DNA of 39,610 nucleotides from contig JAGOHU010000002.1 in NCBI GenBank assembly GCA_017995975.1, positions 1 through 39,610 of the forward strand, read 5' to 3'. This document shows positions 9,974 through 16,814 of this stretch, piece after piece. A program made the position numbers and the translations under genes. Within the stretch, counting starts at the first letter, position 1. Every line of letters starts with the position of its first letter. The notes beneath the pieces were generated by a model, which was not told the DNA's origin, did no database searches, and worked only from the letters and a program-made list of their open reading frames with translations. Source of the DNA: Negativicutes bacterium (GTDB lineage Bacteria > Bacillota > Negativicutes > JAGOZY01).

Positions 9974-10490
9974 CAGGCTGTATACGTAAGGGCTGACGAC
10001 TTTTTATAACGTCGAATTAGTGAGACTTGGCTTATTAATTTTGTGCATATCTGTACCTATTTTAGGTTGCAGAAAACAATTCGTTTTTCTTGTAGTACTT
10101 CCCTTCGGCTCAGTGTTAAATCACTACCTGCCAATTTATAAATGGACGGTAGTGATCCAACAAGCACCGTTATGAATAAACTCTGCCTTCGTAATAACTC
10201 GGCAATCGTTAACACTACGGTAGTGCTCTTTTTACTGCTCGCCATGCTTGCAGAGCATCGCAACTCGCCGCGAGCGGGAATACTACATGCTTCTAGGGCT
10301 ACGATTTGGTCGGGGAAATAATAAATTTTCTGCACCACCCACTGTTCAAAAAAAGTTTATAACGAGTAGTTTGAAGCTGTTTCGTATGGTTAATAAAAGA
10401 GACTTTGATTCCTACAATTTTTATATTACAAGGAAAAGGCAGGCCAAAAACAGATCATTTTTTTATTAACTTGCCTTTGGTCTACAGTCA
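9974..10490. mobile_element. ORF-less MITE-like insertion (517 bp) with imperfect terminal inverted repeats
   Basis: The element is bounded by the 27-bp direct repeats. Its ends, 9976-9991 GGCTGTATACGTAAGG and the reverse complement of 10474-10489 GACTGTAGACCAAAGG, match at 12/16 positions. It contains no credible ORF. Confidence 0.5.
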
Positions 10491-10522
10491 AAAAAGAGTA
10501 CTGATTTTCAGTACTCTTTTTT
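10491..10522 (+). terminator. Right copy of the 27-bp direct repeat, forming an intact intrinsic terminator
   Basis: Stem AGAGTACTGA / TCAGTACTCT with a TTT loop, followed by TTTTTT. An A-run upstream makes it potentially bidirectional. Confidence 0.8.
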
Positions 10523-10530
10523 GATATAAT
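10522..10530 (+). promoter_or_regulatory. Candidate extended -10 promoter element for the FAD oxidoreductase gene
   Basis: TGATATAAT (TGnTATAAT) lies 39 nt upstream of the ATG at 10569, which has an AAGGAGG RBS. Confidence 0.35.
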
Positions 10531-10568
10531 ATGAATAGATAAAATAGGCTAAGGACTAAGGAGGAAAA

Positions 10569-11633
10569 ATGATCTACGATGTTGCAGTTATCGGCCTTGG
10601 GCCAGCAGGCTCGACCTTGTCTAGACTTTTATCACCTAAACTAAAGGTGATTGGAATTGATAAAAAAAGTAACCAAGAGGAAAGCGGTTTTACTAAGTGT
10701 TGTGGCGGATTGCTTTCTGATGATGCTCAGCGCTCGATGGCTCGGCTGGGTCTGGTTTTACCAAAAGATGTTTTGGTGAATCCTCAAATCTTTTCGGTTC
10801 GAACAATTGATGTAAATCAAGAGGAGGAGAGATACTATCAAAGATTTTATTTAAATATGGATCGTCATGCTTTTGATCTATGGCTGATGTCTTTAATCCC
10901 CAATTCGGTAGAACTTCGAGAAAATACAAGTTGCACTGATGTTCGAAGATTGGCTGATGGAAATTATGAAGTGACGATTCTTCGAGATGGAAAGTATGAA
11001 AAAATTGTTGCTAAAATCGTAGTTGGAGCCGATGGAGCAGGCTCCATTGTTCGGCGAAAGATTGGTAGAGAGACTGGTGAAGTCTATGTAGCAATTCAGG
11101 AATGGTTCCATGCGCCGAATCAGAAGCCCTTCTATATCTCTTTATTTGATGAAAAGATTAGCGACTCCTATGGTTGGGCTCTTTCAAAGGATGAGTATTT
11201 TATTGCCGGGATTGCAGTTCCGATTGAAAACGCAAATCAGCGATTTGAAGTTTTTAAAGATCACCTTCGTGATCGAGGGTTTATATTGGACAATCGAGTG
11301 AAAAGAGAAGGCAGTCCTGTTCGCCTAACTCGATCTTTTGGGGATCAATATGTGGGTCAGGATGGAGTTTATTTTATTGGCGAAGCAGGTGGATTTATTA
11401 GTTCCAGCTCGTTAGAAGGTATGAGCTATGGAATGGATAGCGCTTCTTTACTTGGGACTGTGCTTAATGAGTCCTTGGATAATGTAACCTCTAGATATAG
11501 TAACGCCACTATTGGATTGCGAATGAAGTTGGCTACTCGAATCATGAAACGATTTTTCATTTACCGACCGACGATGCGAAAATGGGTCATGAAAAGTGGA
11601 CTTCAAAGTATAAAAGTGGATAGTGTGAAATGA
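10569..11633 (+). CDS. FAD-dependent oxidoreductase (geranylgeranyl-reductase-like flavoprotein family)
   Basis: N-terminal Rossmann motif DVAVIGLGPAGS, the CGG motif KCCGGLL, and a GADG motif VVGADGAGS. Confidence 0.7.
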   Translation: MIYDVAVIGLGPAGSTLSRLLSPKLKVIGIDKKSNQEESGFTKCCGGLLSDDAQRSMARLGLVLPKDVLVNPQIFSVRTIDVNQEEERYYQRFYLNMDRHAFDLWLMSLIPNSVELRENTSCTDVRRLADGNYEVTILRDGKYEKIVAKIVVGADGAGSIVRRKIGRETGEVYVAIQEWFHAPNQKPFYISLFDEKISDSYGWALSKDEYFIAGIAVPIENANQRFEVFKDHLRDRGFILDNRVKREGSPVRLTRSFGDQYVGQDGVYFIGEAGGFISSSSLEGMSYGMDSASLLGTVLNESLDNVTSRYSNATIGLRMKLATRIMKRFFIYRPTMRKWVMKSGLQSIKVDSVK

Positions 11634-11649
11634 TTCAAATCTGTAACGA

Positions 11650-12072
11650 TTCTGGCTGTGAACTTTTTAATGCTCATAGCCGAATGTTGCGAAAATGAAT
11701 CAATAGTACTTGTTGCAGGCCGAAAAAAAGAAGCAGAAATCAAGAAAAGTCTGGTGTCTTTATTCAAATAAATGGCTGTAGTGGGTAGTTTATTGGGGAT
11801 TTTATGGTCTAATGTGCTGCCCTTGGCGTGATGGGGACGAGAAAAGCTTTGGGCGGATCCGAAGTGCACTTTTCCCCTGGGGATCAAATACTCTGAGGGC
11901 TATTTTGTATTGGGCTCAAATAAAGTAGGAAAAGACTAGGTTCTTAAAAAGAGAAAAAAGCGAAGAAGATCAGCGGCAATCAATTCATCTTACTAAAATT
12001 GGAAACCAGATGGTTCGACAAGCTTTGCTTAAAGTAGAAAAAAGTGGAAATAACAAATTGAATGAAAGATAA
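11650..12072 (+). pseudogene. Decayed MarR-family regulator remnant
   Basis: One frame reads REKSEEDQRQSIHLTKIGNQMVRQALLKVEK, a MarR wing/helix pattern (D-x-R ... LT-x-x-G), and ends at the TAA at 12070-12072. Upstream MarR-like pieces (SNTLRAILYWAQIK) are separated by stop codons and frame changes. Confidence 0.35.
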
Positions 12073-12106
12073 AAAATCCCAGACTGCACTGAGCAATCTG
12101 GGATTT
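12071..12106 (-). terminator. Intrinsic terminator of the nitroreductase gene
   Basis: Stem AAATCCCAGA / TCTGGGATTT lies immediately after the stop codon at 12110-12112. On the minus strand it is followed by TTTTTT. Confidence 0.8.
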
Positions 12107-12109
12107 CTC

Positions 12110-12709
12110 TTATTTATAAACTTTGACTCGGCTGTCGATCGGTAGAAAGTCTTTTTCTCCTGGTGGAGCTGTTGGTGTACCGAAGGGCATCTGGGAGACC
12201 AATTTCCAATCGGAAGGGATGCCCCATTCCCGGTGGACTGACTCATCAATTACAGGATTATAATGTTGCAAACTTGCACCAATTCCTCGCTCCGCTAGGG
12301 CGACCCACATGGCATGTTGAACCATGCCAGCTGAGTGACTAGAGAAGGTTGGGAAGTTGTCTTTATAGAGAGGGAATTGTTGTTGTAATTTTTCAACAAC
12401 TTTTTGATCTTCGAAAAATAAAAGACTGCCACAGCCAGCTCGAAAAGATGCTATTTTTTCTTCGGTTGGAGCAAACTTATCAGCTGGAACTAATTTTCGA
12501 AGAGTTTCTTCAACGATATTCCACAGTTTTTTGTGTTGCTCTCCGAATAATACAATGACTCGGCTCGACTGGGAATTAAAAGCAGAAGGTGTGTGCTTGA
12601 CCACTTCTTGGACCAGCTCGATCAGTTGGTCATCGGAGCAGGGAATTTGGTTGGAAATTTGATAGTGGGTTCGGCGGTTTTTCAAAGTTTCGATAAAAGA
12701 TGGGTTCAT
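12110..12709 (-). CDS. Nitroreductase-family protein
   Basis: 199-aa ORF with a GGAGG RBS. The N-terminus LKNRRTHYQISNQ...VKHTPSAFNSQSSRVIVL is typical of the NAD(P)H nitroreductase fold. Confidence 0.8.
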   Translation of the reverse strand: MNPSFIETLKNRRTHYQISNQIPCSDDQLIELVQEVVKHTPSAFNSQSSRVIVLFGEQHKKLWNIVEETLRKLVPADKFAPTEEKIASFRAGCGSLLFFEDQKVVEKLQQQFPLYKDNFPTFSSHSAGMVQHAMWVALAERGIGASLQHYNPVIDESVHREWGIPSDWKLVSQMPFGTPTAPPGEKDFLPIDSRVKVYK

Positions 12710-12723
12710 TTGGGTATCCTCCT

Positions 12724-13494
12724 TTATTTGGGTAACTTTCTGAGATCAATTTGATAGATTGACCTAAACTTTCTGACTGCATCTTTTGTGATTTTAGCAA
12801 CTTCTGTATCCGGTGAAAGAGTTCTTCTGGTTGGAGGTTCAATAATTTCTTGATTGTAAATCCAATAGGATTTGTCGCCTTTTTCATTTTGGAGGGTAAA
12901 GCGAATTTCTACATTCGTATCAGTCAGAACTTCGGGTGGAATATACTCGGTGCTCACTGTGTTGGAAGGAATCCCAAAGCTGATCCCACTATTGTAATAA
13001 GGATAGTAGCCCCGTGAAGAATAGTAGCGGTGGGAACGATCCCCATAATAGCCGCCACGATAATATCGATTATCGTAATCATAGTAACGACTGGAATTCC
13101 AGTAGCCACCAACGACAACAGTGGGGGTTACGGTCTTTTCATAGCGCCCTTCGGTCTCGTGAATCCGGGTATCAAATTTTGTTACATTAATAATAAGCTT
13201 GGCTTGATTTGCGGTTAGTGTATGGGGTAGGTCTTGCTCTTCGGTCAGCCAATTGACAATAATCGGGAAATCTTTAAAATTATTTTGAATTTCTGTTTGA
13301 ATTCGCAATCGGGCAAAGTCATCAAGAGCTAAATTATCTTCATAGTTGATTGGTAGGATAAAGATTTGTTGAATTTCGGCAAGATTTTTCTCCGGATTTT
13401 TGTAATCGGTTACATAGGATTTTGCCTCAGTTTCGCTATAAGTAGAGAAAAGCAAGGTTCCTAAAATTGCAAGAAATAGGAATAATTTTTTCAT
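12724..13494 (-). CDS. Secreted protein of unknown function with a Tyr/Arg/Gly-rich low-complexity insert (paralog A)
   Basis: GGAGG RBS and a type I signal peptide (MKKLFLFLAILGTLLFSTYSETEA). It is paralogous to 13605-14261 and contains GGYWNSSRYYDYDNRYYRGGYYGDRSHRYYSSRGYYPYYNSG. Confidence 0.7.
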   Translation of the reverse strand: MKKLFLFLAILGTLLFSTYSETEAKSYVTDYKNPEKNLAEIQQIFILPINYEDNLALDDFARLRIQTEIQNNFKDFPIIVNWLTEEQDLPHTLTANQAKLIINVTKFDTRIHETEGRYEKTVTPTVVVGGYWNSSRYYDYDNRYYRGGYYGDRSHRYYSSRGYYPYYNSGISFGIPSNTVSTEYIPPEVLTDTNVEIRFTLQNEKGDKSYWIYNQEIIEPPTRRTLSPDTEVAKITKDAVRKFRSIYQIDLRKLPK

Positions 13495-13604
13495 ATTAGC
13501 GTCCTCCTTATCAGGATGTAAAGATAAAAGATTATTATTTATTCTAATCTAATTTGTAATTTTAAATGTGTCAAAAAAAGCAACACTAGGAAGAAATGAT
13601 TTTT

Positions 13605-14261
13605 TTAAGGAGTATCCTTCTTTAACTCTTTTGTAAATTGTTTTTTTGCTTCTTTTAGAATGGTTTGGAGACTTTTGTCAGGAGTCGATTTTTGACCATT
13701 GTCAAAGCGTTCTTGAGTATAAATCCAGTAATTAACTGTTCCTTCGTTATTTTGGAGGGTCATTTGGAGGGCTGCTCGGGCTCGCATATTTTCCTCTGGG
13801 TCTACATAATAAGTTCTCGAAATAGTTCTTGGAGCAATCCCCCAAGAATGTCGGCGACCCCGCTGATCCCAATAGTAGTCATCAATAATGGAGTCATAAC
13901 TGGTGGTAGAATAAGATTCATAATGTCCTGGTGATACGTAGCGATCCCAAGCATAATTTTTGAGGTAGATAATCAGGTAAGCCGGATTTTTGGCTTCTGG
14001 TATTGCGGTTGTATCAGACCTCCAATGAATCTTTACCGGAAAAGAGTGAAACTCTTGTTGAAATGCTGCTTCAATACGTTGCCGATCAAAGTCATCAATT
14101 TGAAGATTCGAGTCATAAATGAGTGGATCGATGACAATCAAATCAATATCGGTTAGATTGGTTTCGGGATTTTTAAAGTTAGATACAGCTGAGCGGGCAT
14201 CACTAACGGAGAAGATTCCAATAAATGAAATCAGTAGACAGAATAAAATCCATTTTTTCAT
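13605..14261 (-). CDS. Secreted protein of unknown function (paralog B)
   Basis: GGAGG RBS and a signal peptide. It shares blocks with paralog A: KNPE-NL--I, DDF-R-RI, FP, and YWIY-QE. Confidence 0.7.
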   Translation of the reverse strand: MKKWILFCLLISFIGIFSVSDARSAVSNFKNPETNLTDIDLIVIDPLIYDSNLQIDDFDRQRIEAAFQQEFHSFPVKIHWRSDTTAIPEAKNPAYLIIYLKNYAWDRYVSPGHYESYSTTSYDSIIDDYYWDQRGRRHSWGIAPRTISRTYYVDPEENMRARAALQMTLQNNEGTVNYWIYTQERFDNGQKSTPDKSLQTILKEAKKQFTKELKKDTP

Positions 14262-14332
14262 AGTTCCTCCTTATATGAATACCGAACTAAGTTTAGAAAC
14301 TTGTACTCTATTGATAGTTTCTTCAAATAAAT

Positions 14333-14376
14333 GAAAAGTCCTCTTATCAGGTTTGTGAAGCTTGATAAGAGGACTT
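14333..14376 (-). terminator. Intrinsic terminator of the ABC-2 exporter operon
   Basis: Perfect 13-bp stem AGTCCTCTTATCA / TGATAAGAGGACT. On the minus strand it is followed by TTTTCATTT, 8 nt after the permease stop. Confidence 0.85.
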
Positions 14377-14383
14377 AAAAAGA

Positions 14384-15136
14384 TTACTGAATGATTCTTC
14401 GGTATAACAGTCGTTCGGGCAGTAAAGCAAGAACTCCGATCATAGCAAAAAGCACAAGGAAGTGATAAATCCATTGGTCCGGCAGGGTGCCCAGTAGAAA
14501 ACCTCGGCACAAAGCGCCGCCATGATAGACAGGATTCAACCAAATCAGAAGTTGGGCCCAATCCGGTAAGGTCGAAATAGGGAAGAAAACTCCTGAAAAA
14601 AGGTAAGCCGGTGTAATAAATAGCAAAGTATAGAAATTGAAGTAATCAATAAAAGGTACAATTGCAGTGACTGAGAGAGACAGTAGTGCAAAGATAAGAG
14701 CTAGGAGGGCGATAGGGAGTAGAGCTACAGGGGCCATCCAAGAATTGATCAATCCAATGAGAACCAGAATGAAAATAACACCACTGGAGTAGAGAAGGCT
14801 CTTGATGACTGCTGAGAAAACTTCACCGATCACAATTTCTCGAATTCCAATCGGGGTGGTTAGCATGGATTGATAAATTTTTTGATAGTACATTCGGACG
14901 AACACATCATAGGTGCATGAGAAGGCTGCTTCATACATTGGAATCGAAGCAACGATTCCAGTGGCCACATAAGTTAAGTAGGAAACCCCACTCATTTCGT
15001 GGATGTAGGACCCGATCCCAGCTCCCATGGCAGTGATATAAAGGAATGGTTGGCTAAAATTTAAAGCAAATTTTACAATCCAACCTTTCCACAGGATGTG
15101 GAGACTACGTTTGATTAAAGGATAAAATTTTGGCAT
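14384..15136 (-). CDS. ABC-2 type exporter permease
   Basis: Six-TM ORF trimmed to the ATG at 15136, which overlaps the ATPase TGA by 1 nt (TGATG). ABC-2 family-like sequence. Confidence 0.8.
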   Translation of the reverse strand: MPKFYPLIKRSLHILWKGWIVKFALNFSQPFLYITAMGAGIGSYIHEMSGVSYLTYVATGIVASIPMYEAAFSCTYDVFVRMYYQKIYQSMLTTPIGIREIVIGEVFSAVIKSLLYSSGVIFILVLIGLINSWMAPVALLPIALLALIFALLSLSVTAIVPFIDYFNFYTLLFITPAYLFSGVFFPISTLPDWAQLLIWLNPVYHGGALCRGFLLGTLPDQWIYHFLVLFAMIGVLALLPERLLYRRIIQ

Positions 15137-16062
15137 CAACTTTCCGCTTCCTTTCCAGCTAATTTTAGATAAACATCTTCCAGATTTCCCGCTCTTTGGA
15201 CCAGATAGGCTGGGTTTAAGCCAGCGCAAATTAAGTTTTTGCGGGCTTCATCGGTGTCTTCTGCATAAAAGAACCAGCGGTCAGAGACCGAAAACCATTC
15301 GCCAGGTAAATGAGCAACACATTCACAGAAAGCTGGAGGCAGGTCGGCCATTTTGATTTCCAGTACTTGAGGCGTGGCATGACGCTGGATCAATTCAGCA
15401 GGAGAACCTTCGTCGAGGATGATTCCATCACTCATGACAGCGATTTGATCACATAGCATGGCTGCTTCTTCCATATAGTGAGTGGTGAGAAGTAAAGTTA
15501 CTCCTTGTTTTTTTAGCTCTTCCAGCTTCTGCCAGACTAATCTTCGAGCCGCCGGGTCTAAGCCGGTAGTAGGTTCGTCGAGAATGACCAATTCGGGATT
15601 TGAAATGAGGGCCCGAGCAATTACTAAGCGTCTTTTTAAGCCACCAGATAGGGAGTCGATGTGCACATCTTCGCGACCTGCCATTCCCATAAATTCAATC
15701 AATTCTTTGCCTCTGCGAGTGGCTTCTTGCTGACTTAGTCCGTAAAAAAGACCAAAATAGGAAAGGTTTTCTAAAGCCGAGAGCTCGTCATCAAGACCAT
15801 CTTCTTGGGTGACTACGCCGATTCGTTGCTTCACTGTTGGTGGAGTGAGTCGGGTGATCTGAGTGCCAAGTACTTCTAAATAGCCACTGGTCACCTCTGC
15901 GAGTCCGGTGATCATTTTCATGGTAGTTGTTTTTCCGGCCCCGTTATGTCCCAAGAAGCCATAGCAGGTATTTGGACTGACTTGAAAAGAAATTCCCTTC
16001 ACAGCTTCGAAAGAGCCATAAGATTTTCTTAAGTCTTTGACAATGATTGGGTATGTTTCCAT
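15136..16062 (-). CDS. ABC transporter ATP-binding protein (DrrA/NatA-like exporter ATPase)
   Basis: Walker A GHNGAGKTT, signature LSGGLKRRLVIARAL, Walker B LVILDEPTTGLD. The start was set at the ATG at 16062, behind AAAAGGAGG. Confidence 0.85.
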   Translation of the reverse strand: METYPIIVKDLRKSYGSFEAVKGISFQVSPNTCYGFLGHNGAGKTTTMKMITGLAEVTSGYLEVLGTQITRLTPPTVKQRIGVVTQEDGLDDELSALENLSYFGLFYGLSQQEATRRGKELIEFMGMAGREDVHIDSLSGGLKRRLVIARALISNPELVILDEPTTGLDPAARRLVWQKLEELKKQGVTLLLTTHYMEEAAMLCDQIAVMSDGIILDEGSPAELIQRHATPQVLEIKMADLPPAFCECVAHLPGEWFSVSDRWFFYAEDTDEARKNLICAGLNPAYLVQRAGNLEDVYLKLAGKEAES

Positions 16063-16380
16063 AGTGCCTCCTTTTAAAATGAGGGATTTTTTTATTGATA
16101 TCAATATGGTTTAGCTTAGAAGGATTAAAAATTTATGTCAACAAAATAAAATAGGAAAAATTCCAGTTTATTGATGAAAAAAGAACTAGGTTTAATCGTT
16201 TTGACGGAGATATAATATCCTTTTTGTATTGTTTTGTTAGAAAATTTGAAAGTAAATTCTTTGATAGAGTTAAATCGGAAGTAAAAAAAATATGAAGATA
16301 AAAAGGAAAATCGGCTAGAATAAAGAATCTGTTAAAGATAAAGTATGTCTAGGTAGACAAAGGAGAAAGGTGAGAAGAAC

Positions 16381-16716
16381 GTGGCAGAAGATAAAAACGA
16401 TATTAAAAATGTGCTAATTACTGATTCATATATAGGAAAGAGAATCATCATCTCGGTGATTATGATCGCTTGCGTGGGGATCGGATACTACGGTCAATAT
16501 GCAGATCCAGCCAATCTAACTTGGATCGGGCGAATCGGTGGCTACTTTAATATGGCTGTATTCCCGCTCTTTTTTCTCTATGGTTATTTTTGGTGGAAAG
16601 GCCGCCAAGAGCGCAAGCGTAAAGATGCGGCAAGAAGAGATGAGATGGAAAGGGAGTACCAACGGAAGGAAGAGCTTGCGAAAGCTCGATCGGAAAAAAA
16701 GGGAACAAAAATATAA
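16381..16716 (+). CDS. Small membrane protein with a highly charged C-terminal tail, function unknown
   Basis: 111-aa ORF with a GTG start after AAAGGAGAAAGG. It has two predicted TM segments and then an RQERKRKDAARRDEMEREYQRKEE tail. It has its own terminator. Confidence 0.5.
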   Translation: MAEDKNDIKNVLITDSYIGKRIIISVIMIACVGIGYYGQYADPANLTWIGRIGGYFNMAVFPLFFLYGYFWWKGRQERKRKDAARRDEMEREYQRKEELAKARSEKKGTKI

Positions 16717-16725
16717 ATTGAATCT

Positions 16726-16756
16726 AAAGATAGACTTGCCAAAGTCTATCTTTTTT
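16726..16756 (+). terminator. Intrinsic terminator
   Basis: Stem GATAGACTT / AAGTCTATC with a GCCA loop, followed by TTTTTT. Confidence 0.8.
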
Positions 16757-16814
16757 GGTAATATCTTATTAAGAATAATCCTAATAAGGAAAAATACTAA
16801 GATGGAGGATAAGG

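Noticed and set aside
10057-10469. Two ORFs inside the 517-bp element: 10057-10338 on the minus strand (93 aa) and 10248-10469 on the plus strand (73 aa).
   Set aside because: Neither has an RBS. Their composition is low-complexity and junk-like, they overlap each other, and they span the strongly self-complementary core. The region is treated as non-coding.
9974-10490. A class C group II intron, which is known to insert just after terminator hairpins.
   Set aside because: The element has no GUGYG-like 5' end, no recognisable domain V hairpin and no AY 3' end. At 517 bp with no RT ORF or remnant it is too small, and the 27-bp duplication is not an intron feature.
11603-11887. A 94-aa minus-strand ORF overlapping the 3' end of the FAD oxidoreductase gene.
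   Set aside because: It overlaps a well-supported gene antisense, has no RBS and has an unconvincing composition. The plus strand shows MarR-like remnants instead.
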